Positions 46,367-56,612 of a stretch of 64,000 nucleotides of DNA are shown here, piece after piece. The position numbers and the translations under genes were made by a program. The stretch spans positions 96,001 to 160,000 of the forward strand of contig OZ242351.1 in NCBI GenBank assembly GCA_965208675.1. Reading direction: 5' to 3'. The number at the start of each line of letters is the position of its first letter. Position 1 is the stretch's first letter. The notes beneath the pieces were generated by a model. The model did not search any database. It had not been told where the DNA came from and saw only the letters and a list, made by a program, of their open reading frames with translations. Source of the DNA: Candidatus Poribacteria bacterium. GTDB taxonomy: Bacteria; Poribacteria; WGA-4E; PCPOR2b.

Positions 46367-47284
46367 ATGGATAAACTAATCATCACTATCACCTCTGACT
46401 CAACGATGTGCTGGCCGCGCAATCCCTATTGCCCCAAGCCGTCAGATACCAAGGGCGTTGCGCAGGAATACATTCGGTCGGTCGACGCCGGGGCTGCTAT
46501 CGCCCACACGCACGGATCATACGAGATTGATACCGAGATACAGCCCGACGGACGCCAGTTGCAAGTTCCAATCATGGACGGTTGGCGGGACATTACCGAT
46601 AGAATACGGGCTTCAGGCAACCCGATTTTACAGTTTGGGCTGGCTAGTATTCGGTTAGAGCAAAAGGTCGAGATGTGGAAAGAATTTCGCCCCGAGATGA
46701 CTTCCATTAATTTTAACTCTCATGACGAATTTTTTCAGCCCGACCCTGAATATCCGCCGATTGCCTGCTACTCCGTTCACCCAATTAACGAATTGCGGGA
46801 ATACGCCCGATTGGCTAATAAATATAATGTCAAACTAGAAGTTGAGTGCTTTAGCCCCGGGGGTTACTGGGCTGTCAGCAAGATTCGTGAGGGTAAGTTT
46901 TTCAATGACGACGGTACCTACCAGGAAGAGATGGGACTTTTGCCAGATCCGCTTTGGATCGAACTACTGTTTGGATGGACTGGGCAGGGATGGATGCCGC
47001 CAACAGCGCGTGCGCTCAACTTCATGGTAGACCACTTACCACCTCGTGCAAATTACCATGTGAGTTGTTTGGATCCGGACGCATACTGGCGCTTGATAAC
47101 ACATGCCATTGCACTCGGCGGCCACGTACGTATCGGTTTCGAGGACTGTCCCTTCATCGAACCGGGCACGTATGCGAAGAGCAACGCTCAACTCGTGGAA
47201 AAAGCGGTCAAAATCGCGAGATCCATGGGGCGAGAAATAGCATCACCTGACGAGGCGCGGGCAATTATAGGCCTGAACAACTAA
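46367..47284 (+). CDS. Beta-keto acid cleavage enzyme (BKACE / Kce) family
   Basis: KLIITIT, AGAAIAHTH, EVECF, GGHVRIGFED. Confidence 0.9.
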   Translation: MDKLIITITSDSTMCWPRNPYCPKPSDTKGVAQEYIRSVDAGAAIAHTHGSYEIDTEIQPDGRQLQVPIMDGWRDITDRIRASGNPILQFGLASIRLEQKVEMWKEFRPEMTSINFNSHDEFFQPDPEYPPIACYSVHPINELREYARLANKYNVKLEVECFSPGGYWAVSKIREGKFFNDDGTYQEEMGLLPDPLWIELLFGWTGQGWMPPTARALNFMVDHLPPRANYHVSCLDPDAYWRLITHAIALGGHVRIGFEDCPFIEPGTYAKSNAQLVEKAVKIARSMGREIASPDEARAIIGLNN

Positions 47285-47398
47285 GCTTAAACGGCAGTAA
47301 ATGTTCAGGTTCATTTAGACAGATGGTGCAATTAGAATTTGGAAAATCCATTTGAATTCATGGTATTGCTATTGATGCGTTGACAGTCTGTAAGTATG

Positions 47399-48328
47399 TT
47401 ATGCGCTCGAACCGGTATGCGATTCTTCCAACACCTCCCGCAAAAATCCCTTGTGCCGTTCCAATTGGGCAATGGCATCATCTAAATCAACCCCTTTTAC
47501 TAACATGACAATTGCAACCTTCGCGTTGCCTTCGGCGTGGTCTAAAGCCAATCTCGCCGTTGCGTAATCCGTACTCGTAATTTCCATGATGATGCGTGTG
47601 CCTCGATCTATCATCTTTGCGTTGGATGCTTGAACGTCGACCATGAAGTTGTTGTAAACCTTACCTATTTTAATCATTGAAATGGTAGTCAGCATGTTCA
47701 GAACGAGCTTCGTCGCCGTACCGGCCTTCATGCGGGTTGAACCTGCGACAATTTCTGGTCCTACAATCGGGGTAATGAATACGTCCACAAACGTCGTTAT
47801 GCCGCCCGTTGGCGGGACACAACTGAGGAAGATGGTCTTTGCTCCGATTTGATGTGCCTCCATTAGTGCGCCAATCACGTAGGGAGTGCGCCCACTGCTG
47901 GCGATGCCCACAACTGCATCTCGATGTGTAACGCCGTGTTCGCGGATTGCGCACACACCCGCGTCAGGATTGTCTTCCGCCCCTTCCACGGACTGCCGCA
48001 GTGCACTATCCCCGCCCGCGATGATACCATGCACCATACCTGGATCAGTGCTGAAGGTCGGTGGACATTCAGAGGCATCAAGGACACCGAGCCTGCCGCT
48101 TGTCCCGGCTCCAATGTAAATCAGTCTGCCGCCGCCACGAAACACGGTTGTAATCAACTCCGCGCCTTCCACGATTGACGGCGAAGCGGATTCAACAGCA
48201 GCGAATACATTTCGATTTTCATCATTGAAGATCTGTACGATTTCATCGGTCGTTTTGAAATCTATATCAATTGAACTTGAATTTCGTGCTTCGGTGATGA
48301 GTTTAGACAGATTTTCTGGCATATTCAT
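47399..48328 (-). CDS. murQ: N-acetylmuramic acid 6-phosphate etherase
   Basis: GAGTSGRLGVLDASECPPTF, EGAED, GSTRMKAGTA. Confidence 0.97.
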   Translation of the reverse strand: MNMPENLSKLITEARNSSSIDIDFKTTDEIVQIFNDENRNVFAAVESASPSIVEGAELITTVFRGGGRLIYIGAGTSGRLGVLDASECPPTFSTDPGMVHGIIAGGDSALRQSVEGAEDNPDAGVCAIREHGVTHRDAVVGIASSGRTPYVIGALMEAHQIGAKTIFLSCVPPTGGITTFVDVFITPIVGPEIVAGSTRMKAGTATKLVLNMLTTISMIKIGKVYNNFMVDVQASNAKMIDRGTRIIMEITSTDYATARLALDHAEGNAKVAIVMLVKGVDLDDAIAQLERHKGFLREVLEESHTGSSA

Positions 48329-48331
48329 TTA

Positions 48332-49255
48332 TCATGGCGTAACAGGCGGAAATTGAGACATTGCCAACAGGACAGCGCCATAAGCCGGCTCGTGTTTTGC
48401 CAAGTCAATCCGTGCATTCGGTGCAATAGGTTGTAAACGCTCGCGCAATAGACTTACAAACCCCGGATGATGCGTCAAATTTCCCCCGCTGAGAATGATG
48501 TTGGCCGGATGCTCTGGTCCTAATTCGGTAATAACCGCTTGGGCGGCGAGCACAAGCTCATCGGCAGCGTGTTGAATAATTCGTCGGGCGACCAAATCGC
48601 CGTCATTCATCGCAACAAAAACCAAATTCGCAAGTGTGGAAACGCAATCTATGCTCGCACCGTGAACCCAACGAATGAGATCGCCCGGTATTTGCAGTCC
48701 AATTTCGCTTAGCATCATATCCGTCAGTTGTGTACCTGAGCTTCGTCCATCCGATGCCCGGGCGATCGCGCGTAGGCCGGAAACTGCGATGCCGTAGCCG
48801 CTCCCCTCATCGCCAAGCAGATGTCCCCACCCGCCGGAGCGCACCTCCATGCCGTCGGAGTTTATCCCGTAGACAATCGACCCCGTCCCCGAAACTATAA
48901 TCACACCTTCTAGTTTCCCTGTGCCGCCGACTAGTGCAATTTGAGCGTCATGTGTCAGAATACAGTTTCTTCGAAAACCAATTTCGCGGCAGATTTGCCC
49001 TATTACTTGCTGATCAGCTCGGCAACCAAGTCCTGCCATGCCGAAACACGAACCGATACAGTCCTCAAGCGTAAAATTTGTCTGTAAAAGCAATTGTGAG
49101 ACGAGGTCTTCCAGAACTTTTTTCGTTTGCGTTTGCCCGGCAGTGTGATAGTTGGACGCACCAACTTCAACTCTTGCGTGAAGTTGTCCTGTTTCGTCCG
49201 CTAGAATCCCAACCGTTTTCGTGCCGCCGCCATCAATACCAATAACAAAACTCAC
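48332..49255 (-). CDS. BadF/BadG/BcrA/BcrD-type amino sugar kinase (GlcNAc/MurNAc kinase-like)
   Basis: GIDGGGTKT, SGTGS, GGWGHLLGDEGSG; adjacent to murQ. Confidence 0.9.
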   Translation of the reverse strand: MSFVIGIDGGGTKTVGILADETGQLHARVEVGASNYHTAGQTQTKKVLEDLVSQLLLQTNFTLEDCIGSCFGMAGLGCRADQQVIGQICREIGFRRNCILTHDAQIALVGGTGKLEGVIIVSGTGSIVYGINSDGMEVRSGGWGHLLGDEGSGYGIAVSGLRAIARASDGRSSGTQLTDMMLSEIGLQIPGDLIRWVHGASIDCVSTLANLVFVAMNDGDLVARRIIQHAADELVLAAQAVITELGPEHPANIILSGGNLTHHPGFVSLLRERLQPIAPNARIDLAKHEPAYGAVLLAMSQFPPVTP

Positions 49256-49381
49256 TCATGTCTCCGCGTGGAAGCGATATCATTTACATCAATCGCCATC
49301 ACCAATGATACCCGAAAATATAGGACAATTTATCGTAGTTCAGGTAGAATTGTCAAGTGCTTAATGAACCACAAAGCGTAC

Positions 49382-49410
49382 TTGACAAATTCGGCAACTT
49401 TCGGTATCCT
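49382..49410 (+). promoter_or_regulatory. Sigma70-like promoter
   Basis: TTGACA, 17 nt, TATCCT upstream of the SMP-30 gene. Confidence 0.5.
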
Positions 49411-49551
49411 TGAGTCGATATTTTGTTTCTCATCCCCGGCGGATAACTAACCCCTATACATGCGGCGCGAGGCATGACACAAAGGATAGTGGAAGGACGA
49501 ATCCTTTATGATAAGACCGTACGTCATAATTAAATCGAGTGGAGGTTAAGC

Positions 49552-50409
49552 ATGACACCAGAACTAATCGCCGACTACGAATGCGTGATAGGTGAAGGCC
49601 CCTTGTGGCATCCTGGCGAAAAGTGTGTATATTGGACTGATATTCCTATGGGACGGATGTTCCGTTACAATCCATCCACAGGTGCCCATGAACAGTTTTA
49701 CGACGGTGAAGTAGTGGGTGGATTCACAATTCAGGAAGACGGTTCCCTGCTGCTTTTCATGGCAAAGGGTGCTATTGCCATCTGGCGGGACGGGCGTCTC
49801 GAGTATGTGTACGAAGAAATCCCGAATGAACGCGAAACACGCTTCAACGACGTAATTGCCGATCCGGCCGGTCGTGTCTTTTGCGGAACTATGTCGACGG
49901 CGGACCGGCCCGCTCGCCTATTCCGCCTCGACGTTGGTACTCAGTTAACCGAGTTGTTGGATGATGTCGATATCTCGAACGGCATGGGATTTACACCTGA
50001 CCGAAAGCAGATGTATTACACTGATTCGCCGACTCGCGAAATTTACCTATTCGACTACAATCAAGATACGGGCGGCATCACAAACAAGCGGGTATTCGTC
50101 CGGACGCCCGAAGGCGAGGGCGTGCCTGATGGAATGACCGTGGATGCGGAGGGCTATGTTTGGTCTGCACGCTGGGATGGGAGTTGCCTCGTCCGCTACT
50201 CGCCTGACGGCCGGGAGGACCGCCGCATCGAATTTCCGGCAAAGAAAGTGTCCAGCGTAATATTCGGCGGCGAAGATTATACGGACATGTATGTCACAAC
50301 GGCGGGAGGAGACAACAAAGTGGACGAGGGTTACGGCGCTGGTGCGCTGTTTCGAATTAACCTGGGCATCCGAGGAGTGCCAGAATTCCTGTCCCGAATA
50401 TGTCCCTAA
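49552..50409 (+). CDS. SMP-30/gluconolactonase family protein
   Basis: GEGPLW, RFND, SNG, PDGMTVD. Confidence 0.93.
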   Translation: MTPELIADYECVIGEGPLWHPGEKCVYWTDIPMGRMFRYNPSTGAHEQFYDGEVVGGFTIQEDGSLLLFMAKGAIAIWRDGRLEYVYEEIPNERETRFNDVIADPAGRVFCGTMSTADRPARLFRLDVGTQLTELLDDVDISNGMGFTPDRKQMYYTDSPTREIYLFDYNQDTGGITNKRVFVRTPEGEGVPDGMTVDAEGYVWSARWDGSCLVRYSPDGREDRRIEFPAKKVSSVIFGGEDYTDMYVTTAGGDNKVDEGYGAGALFRINLGIRGVPEFLSRICP

Positions 50410-50569
50410 TGAGATGATCGCTTGATGACAGTTATGTCCAAAATCGTAGTACGATTGTCAGATTAACGCGAATCGTTTTTGCTGCGTCGAACCACACACC
50501 GTCTCAGGTAATCGGTTGATATGCGGGTTCCTGTCACCGTATGCTTATGCGAACAAATATTGGTCTTTA

Positions 50570-51391
50570 TTACCGTCTTGCAGCATGAACTTCTAACCGA
50601 TTTTCGCCCCATAGGGCGAATTCGCGCTTAATTGTCTGCTCAAGGTGCAGCATGATTTCTGGCGAGGCACGCTCAAGTATTCGCATCGAATAGAAAGGTT
50701 GGCTGGTCCGGCGTTGAACGGATAGAAACCAATTGCGATCTTCTACCTCGGCTTCGGTCTGCGCCCTGCGTCCTACATTGATTGCGAACATACGCCTGTA
50801 TGTATTTCCACCAAAAGACGCGTGAAAGGTTTTGTGGTTTATTAGCACAACGTCTCCCGGCTCATTCTCCAACGCCATAGCGGGCATCTTCGTTCTGAGT
50901 TCGGGTAGGTTATCTTTATCGCTGCTCATCCGGCGTTTCGATTGTTTTCCCCATTCGTACAGACAATCGCGCAATGGTCCCAAGTGGTGGCTTCCGGGCA
51001 TCACTCTCTAGCATCCCGATTCTCGTGTCAGTGAATCCAAATACATGCCGAACTTCACGAACAAACACGCATGACGGTCACCATCCGGATGAAAATCTAC
51101 GTCGTCAGCGTAGTAATGGCCGTCGCTGCCAAGATAATTGAAATCTTCCCCTACCGATGGGTTAAGCGCGCCGAGTACCTTAGGGTGCTCTAGCAGGTCC
51201 ATCAAACGGTCGCTTTGGGCGATAAAAGGGATTAGGCCTACCGTGCGCTCACCGCACGGCTCAATGTTAAATTCAACGAAAAGCCTTGCGTGCTCTTTGC
51301 GAATGCAGTCAAGCTCATCGCGCATGTAGCCCGGTAGATGTGGGTAACCAAACGCCTCGAAAAATGTCGCTTGCGCATCTGTCAACGCCAT
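50570..51391 (-). pseudogene. PhyH-family gene interrupted by an in-frame TAG (51008-51010); paralogue of 51653-52486
   Basis: ESGC*RVMPGSH aligns with DTGCLRVIPGSH; both ORF halves are in the same frame; RBS changed to AAAGCG versus AAGGAG in the intact copy. Confidence 0.85.
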
Positions 51392-51488
51392 AATTTACGC
51401 TTTCGGAACGAGTCCCATCTATTTCAGGAGATTTCTTTCGCCCTTGCTTCCAGCCAAATCTTTTAGCCGTAATCCGTTGTTTCCAATT

Positions 51489-51571
51489 TTACTCATTCCC
51501 AGCAATCACAACGGTGGATTTTCCGGTGGAATTACTGCTTGATATGTCTCGATGGCTTAGTTAACGTTCGC
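51489..51571 (-). repeat. Degenerate copy of the rsmI 3' end
   Basis: TTACTCATTCCCAGCAATCACAACGGTGGATT... aligns with CTACTCTTTCCCGGCAATCACAACGGTGAATT... at 52584. Confidence 0.8.
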
Positions 51572-51652
51572 ATTAGCCGTAAACGCTCAAGGAGCGCCTT
51601 AGCATATCATCGGCTTTTGAACTACGGACACAACACACCCCAGTTGACCACG

Positions 51653-52486
51653 TTATGCTGCCTTTTTTCGCCTATTGGCATGTACGTCCAATCGGTGTTT
51701 ACCCCAAAGCACCAACTCTCTCTCCATTGTCTGTTCAAGATGAACCATTATTGTGGGCGAGGCTTGCTCAAGCATACGCTTTGTATAGATCGGTTGCCCC
51801 GTCCGGCAGGTGAATTCGAGAAATGAGTCGAGATCTTTTAGTTCGGATTCTGTACGAGCCCGGCAGCCAACGTTGATAGCGAACATACGCCGGTAAGCGT
51901 TGCCGCCGAATGACGCATGAAAGGTGTTGTGGTTGAAGAGCACAACATCACCGGGTTCATTCTCCAGCGCCATTGATGGCATCTTCTCTCTAAGCTCCGG
52001 CAAGCTGTCACGACCGCTCGTATTCCGGCGGACCTGCACGTTTGCCCATTTGTACACCTGGTTCCGCCACGGTCCTTGAAGGTGACTACCCGGAATTACA
52101 CGAAGGCAGCCAGTGTCTTGTGTCAAGGAATCCAAATACATCCCGAATTTCAACGACATACACGAGTGGCGGTCGCTATCGGGGTGGAAATCAATCTCGT
52201 CCGCGTAGTAATGGCCGTCGCTGCCAAGATAATTGAAATCTTCCCCTACCAACGGAGTAAGTGCGCCGCGCACCTTCGGATGCTCCAGCAAAGCCGTGAA
52301 ACGGTCGCTCAGTGCGATAAATGGTATGAGATCTACTGTTCGCTCACCGTCCGGCTCAAGATCGAATTCAACGAACAGCTTAGCGTGCTCTTCGCCGATC
52401 CATTCAAGCTCATCTTGCATATATCCCGGTAGATGTAGGTATCCAAACGCCTCGAAAAATGCCACTTGCGCTTCTGTCAACGCCAT
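51653..52486 (-). CDS. PhyH family Fe(II)/2OG dioxygenase
   Basis: FGYLHLPG, FHPD, GCLRVIPGSH, PGDVVLFNHNTFHAS. Confidence 0.9.
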   Translation of the reverse strand: MALTEAQVAFFEAFGYLHLPGYMQDELEWIGEEHAKLFVEFDLEPDGERTVDLIPFIALSDRFTALLEHPKVRGALTPLVGEDFNYLGSDGHYYADEIDFHPDSDRHSCMSLKFGMYLDSLTQDTGCLRVIPGSHLQGPWRNQVYKWANVQVRRNTSGRDSLPELREKMPSMALENEPGDVVLFNHNTFHASFGGNAYRRMFAINVGCRARTESELKDLDSFLEFTCRTGQPIYTKRMLEQASPTIMVHLEQTMERELVLWGKHRLDVHANRRKKAA

Positions 52487-52583
52487 AATTTACTCCTTCC
52501 GAACGAGTACCATCATTCTCGGAAAATTTCTGTCTCCCGTGCGTCCGGCCTAAAATTTAATCCGCAATCCACCGTGTCCGACT

Positions 52584-53291
52584 CTACTCTTTCCCGGCAA
52601 TCACAACGGTGAATTCACCGCGCGGCAATACTCCTTGAAATTTCTCAATGGCTTGGCTTACATTCCCTCGAAAAACTTCCTCAAATTTTTTCGTCAACTC
52701 CCGTGCAACGGAAATCCGCCGATTCCCGAAAAGCTCCATGACCGCTTGTAGAAATGGGATTAGGCGGTGGGGGGATTCGTAAAAAATAAGCGTTCGCCTT
52801 TCATTACTTAGCCCCTCCAAGTGTCGTTTTCGTTTGCCCGACTTCGGCGAAAGGAATCCTTCAAAGACAAAGTTATGCAGCGGAAGCCCCGCAACCGAAG
52901 CTGCTGCTATGCAAGCGGAAACTCCGGGAATCGGAACCACTGGGATTTCTGCTTCGATACACCGAACCACGAGTTGGTAGCCGGGATCCGAAACTGTCGG
53001 TGTGCCTGCATCCGAAACCAAAGCCAGATTGTCGCCGCCTTTCAGTCTTGAAATTAGTTTTTCCCCTTTCCGCAACTGATTGCCTTCAAAGAAGCTGGTG
53101 ATGGGTGTGTGAATATCGAAGTGTGCAAGAAGTTGACGGGTATGGCGCGTATCCTCAGCAGCGATTAGATTCACCTCTCTAAGCGTGCGTATGGCTCGTA
53201 GGGTGATGTCTTCCAAGTTTCCGATTGGTGTGCTTACGACGTAAAGCACGCTGTTTTTGGAGTTGGAGTTTGCGGCAGTCGACATTTTCAT
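52584..53291 (-). CDS. rsmI: 16S rRNA (cytidine-2'-O)-methyltransferase
   Basis: LYVVSTPIGNLEDIT, AAEDTR, SDAGTP, YESPHR, ARELTKKFEE. Confidence 0.96.
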   Translation of the reverse strand: MKMSTAANSNSKNSVLYVVSTPIGNLEDITLRAIRTLREVNLIAAEDTRHTRQLLAHFDIHTPITSFFEGNQLRKGEKLISRLKGGDNLALVSDAGTPTVSDPGYQLVVRCIEAEIPVVPIPGVSACIAAASVAGLPLHNFVFEGFLSPKSGKRKRHLEGLSNERRTLIFYESPHRLIPFLQAVMELFGNRRISVARELTKKFEEVFRGNVSQAIEKFQGVLPRGEFTVVIAGKE

Positions 53292-53437
53292 TCCTTCGTT
53301 TGGGCATAGGGCACGGCGAAACGAAGATTCCCACGTTCATTTCTAAAGCCGGAGAAGATTTTCGAAATTTTGGTGAATCCCGATAGCCCGACATCTTGGG
53401 ATCACATTTTGCCAAAGTCTGTCAAGGTATTACGTGC

Positions 53438-54043
53438 TCAATAGGTACGGAATAATATATCAAACACAGGACGCTCATCGACGCGATAATCGAAGGTATC
53501 TCGGCACATGATCGTTTTCCCGTGCTGATCGGTGAATTTCAGGCGAATTTTAATCTTGGTACTGGGAATTAGTTCATCAAGCGCAAACGCTTCGTAGAAA
53601 TCCTGCCGTTCATCAGGTTTTAACGTTAAGGGAAGGTTATTGCGGAGCAAACTCGGAAAGATTACCGCTTGAGGAACATCATAAAGTTTGGTACCGTACC
53701 ATTTGCGGCCTATCTTCGATTGTAACCGGGATTCTTGAACTGAAACGGCAACTTGATCGTTATCATTGTAAATCCGGAATGAGGTCAGAAACAATAAATT
53801 CCCGCCGCGCGTCATGAAGCAATTCGTCTGGCCTTCCAAAAGTTCCACCCTAATATCCGAAGCCCGCCACCTACGCCGACGGCTTCCCCGATTTGGTTGG
53901 TCAGTCCGAAAATCATAAATCCATTTTGCGCTTGAGATTAAGATAGCTGCAATGCCGAATATGAGAGCAATTGTCGCACGGTCCACTTGTAAGTAAATCC
54001 CAGAAATCAAAGAGACAACTTTGCTTCTACTTGGTAATGTCAC
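53438..54043 (-). CDS. Hypothetical membrane-anchored protein (one TM, beta-rich domain)
   Basis: IALIFGIAAILISSA TM; 201-aa ORF filling the gap; start uncertain. Confidence 0.6.
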   Translation of the reverse strand: MTLPSRSKVVSLISGIYLQVDRATIALIFGIAAILISSAKWIYDFRTDQPNRGSRRRRWRASDIRVELLEGQTNCFMTRGGNLLFLTSFRIYNDNDQVAVSVQESRLQSKIGRKWYGTKLYDVPQAVIFPSLLRNNLPLTLKPDERQDFYEAFALDELIPSTKIKIRLKFTDQHGKTIMCRDTFDYRVDERPVFDILFRTY

Positions 54044-54183
54044 AGTCTTTGGCGTTCCGGACGCTGAAGCGGCGTTTCTCGTCCATTCCTTTTGACTTTT
54101 GTATTGCAGTTGGGTAAAATTTTGGACATCAAAGCCAAACGCAGTTTATGGAGAGAAGACAGATTTTGTCTTGTTAACCAACA

Positions 54184-54669
54184 ATGCCGCGAAGAAACAA
54201 AGTCCTCAACATCGGTGACAGTGCACCGCTTTTCACCTTGCAATCCGCTCAACGAGAGGATGTTAGTCTCGCATCGTATCGCAATAGGCGGCACGTCATT
54301 TTAGCTTTTTTCCGAGGCACATGGTGACCCAATAGCCGCCGCCAGTTAGGCGATTTACAAACTCACTTGAATGAATATGTCAGATTTGGCGCCGCAGCCA
54401 TCGCGGTCGCCGGGCAGTGGCCTCGAGAAGTTCGCCGTTATGCTCAGAGGCACGGTATCGCCTTTCCATTACTCATTGATAAGCACCGGACCGTCATCAA
54501 AAGCTACGGCGTTTATAATTGGCTAGGACTCGACGCTTATAATATTGCACGCCCCTCGACATTCATTGTTGATAAGGAGGGAATAATCCGATTCATTCAT
54601 GTAGGCTCACACCAGTTTGACCTTCCTAAACATGCAAGTCTCATCGCTTGTGTAGAATCCTTGGAATGA
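54184..54669 (+). CDS. Peroxiredoxin-like (AhpC/TSA) probable selenoprotein, in-frame UGA at 54325-54327 (UxxS)
   Basis: MPRRNKVLNIGDSAPLFTL...FFRGTW-TGA-PNSRRQL continues in frame into ORF 54367-54669 (FPLLID, ARPSTFIVDKEGIIRF); SECIS-like hairpin follows. Confidence 0.85.
54331..54355 (+). promoter_or_regulatory. Putative bacterial SECIS element
   Basis: CGCC-AGTTA-GGCG stem-loop; loop G is 18 nt after the UGA. Confidence 0.6.
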
Positions 54670-54702
54670 ATGAATATGTAACGGCGCCTGATGACTCTGC
54701 AA

Positions 54703-55707
54703 TTATAGCGTATCGCGAGTCAGTTGGTTCAATATTCCCAACTGCCTATTATCCGCGATGACAATAAGCGCGTCGCCCTCATCCAGCCTGAGATTGCCAG
54801 AGGGATTGTATATGATATCGCCGGCTCGATTGCGGACAGCCACGACGACGAGACCTGTTTCATCCGGGATTCGGGCATCGTTGAGGGTAAGCCCCAAAAA
54901 AGGTGATTCGCTCTGGATTGTGGATTCGGCAAAGCGCGTCGTCACTTGGTGTTTGAGCATATCATCCAAAAAATCAACGACAATTGGACTTATGACTGTC
55001 GATACTAGACGCAATCCGCCAATCTGATCCGCGAGTACGACATCATCCGCACCCGCTTTCGTCAACTTTGCCCGTGAACTCTCCTCGACAGCCTTCGACG
55101 TTATTCTCAAGCTCCGATTTAGCTGTTTCGCCGATAAAACAACGAAAAGATTGTCTTGATCCGTCGAAAGAGAAGCAATCAACCCTTGCGCACGATCGAT
55201 TCCAGCACGGATGAGCACTTCGTCTTCTGTTGCATCGCCTTGTACATAGTGGAAATGTCTTGTTTTCAGTAAATGTTCAATTTGCACTTGCTCTCTCTCA
55301 ATTGCGACGAAGTCGGCGTTCAGGTGGATGAGTTCATCAAGCGCATGTACCCCAGTGTCGCCTATCCCGCAAACGATGTAATGGTTTGAAAGTTTGTCAA
55401 TAGATTTTTCCATGCGTCTCTTCAAAAAAACTTCTTGTAGCTGTCCTTCAATAATGAATGTAGCTGTTATACTAATACCGTATCCAAGAACGCCAATCCC
55501 TCCAAGAATCAGCGCAACTGTGAAAATCTTTCCCTCATCCGACATATTGTAATCTGCATAACCGACTGTTGTCAATGTGATTACCGTCATGAAAATTGAG
55601 TGAAGCAGTGTCCAATCCTCCTCAATTATTTTATATCCCGTGACGCCAATGGCGAAAACGGCAATCATCGCAAATACTGCGATAACAATGTTGCGTTGAT
55701 ACTCCAA
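54703..55707 (-). CDS. Potassium channel protein with RCK (TrkA-N/TrkA-C) domains
   Basis: Two TM segments with pore motif TLTTVGYAD; HYIVCGIG, GDAT. Confidence 0.9.
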   Translation of the reverse strand: MEYQRNIVIAVFAMIAVFAIGVTGYKIIEEDWTLLHSIFMTVITLTTVGYADYNMSDEGKIFTVALILGGIGVLGYGISITATFIIEGQLQEVFLKRRMEKSIDKLSNHYIVCGIGDTGVHALDELIHLNADFVAIEREQVQIEHLLKTRHFHYVQGDATEDEVLIRAGIDRAQGLIASLSTDQDNLFVVLSAKQLNRSLRITSKAVEESSRAKLTKAGADDVVLADQIGGLRLVSTVISPIVVDFLDDMLKHQVTTRFAESTIQSESPFLGLTLNDARIPDETGLVVVAVRNRAGDIIYNPSGNLRLDEGDALIVIADNRQLGILNQLTRDTL

Positions 55708-55850
55708 TTTCCTCGCCTTTCAAGATCAAATGACCAAAAACTCCTGCCCGAACAAGTTTCAAGTTTCGGGACGTGAAAATTACATTCAACTGATGGCACA
55801 CAACCGGTAGACCATCAGTTTGGCCCGCGGTTTAAGCAATATACCGCGCT

Positions 55851-56537
55851 TCACGTTCCCTCCATCTGCTGATACTGAATGGTTTCTAACCGCGATTTCA
55901 GCCGTTCGGTTTGGTAGCGCAACATTAGTAAAAACACGTAGAGAACAGTAAACGCCAGCCATGCAATCACCCAGGTTTTGAACATTGTCGGTGGAAGGTT
56001 CATTTTAGTTTCTATTCCTGGATGCAACTTGTCTTTCCAGAGCTCAACCGAGAAGTAGACAATCGGTACATTAAGATACGCAAGGATACCTAAAACCGCT
56101 GAATAGACTCTTTTTTTCTCTTCAGGCAACGCCGATCTCAGTATAAAATAACCGATATACATGAGCCAGAGGATAAGTGTGCTGGTTAATCGTGGTTCCC
56201 AATTCCACCACGTATTCCAAGCAAATTTTGCCCAGATGGGGCCTGTCGTCAAAACGACTGTACAGAAAACGATGCCAAGTTCCGCTGACGCAACAGCAAG
56301 CAAATCAAATTTGTCATTACGTTTTGTCAGGTAAAGAACACTGCACAAACAAGTTACACCAAATGCAAAGAAAACAGTTAACGCTGAAGCGACATGGAAG
56401 TAGAAAATTTTCTGGACTTCCAGCATCGTCTTTTCAATCTGGGCGTAACTGAATACAAAACAGAGGGCAGTAAACAGGCAAATTGCTGCAAGAATGCCTA
56501 TGAGTTGTGTAAGCGTCATTTTCGTCAATTGCTCCAA
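55851..56537 (-). CDS. ccmC: Cytochrome c biogenesis heme chaperone/exporter CcmC
   Basis: IFYFHV, GPIWAKFAWNTWWNWEPRLTS (WWD domain), LHP. Confidence 0.92.
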   Translation of the reverse strand: MEQLTKMTLTQLIGILAAICLFTALCFVFSYAQIEKTMLEVQKIFYFHVASALTVFFAFGVTCLCSVLYLTKRNDKFDLLAVASAELGIVFCTVVLTTGPIWAKFAWNTWWNWEPRLTSTLILWLMYIGYFILRSALPEEKKRVYSAVLGILAYLNVPIVYFSVELWKDKLHPGIETKMNLPPTMFKTWVIAWLAFTVLYVFLLMLRYQTERLKSRLETIQYQQMEGT

Positions 56538-56612
56538 TTCGTAACTTAAATTTTTTTTGTCAGCACTGCGTATCGTTACCGTTAGGTTTTACACACCTAA
56601 TGCCGGTAATTG

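Noticed and set aside
55786-55854. Small ORF overlapping the ccmC stop as a candidate ccmD
   Set aside because: The 22-aa product is basic, lacks the hydrophobic N-terminal helix of CcmD, and overlaps an inverted repeat (55788-55820).
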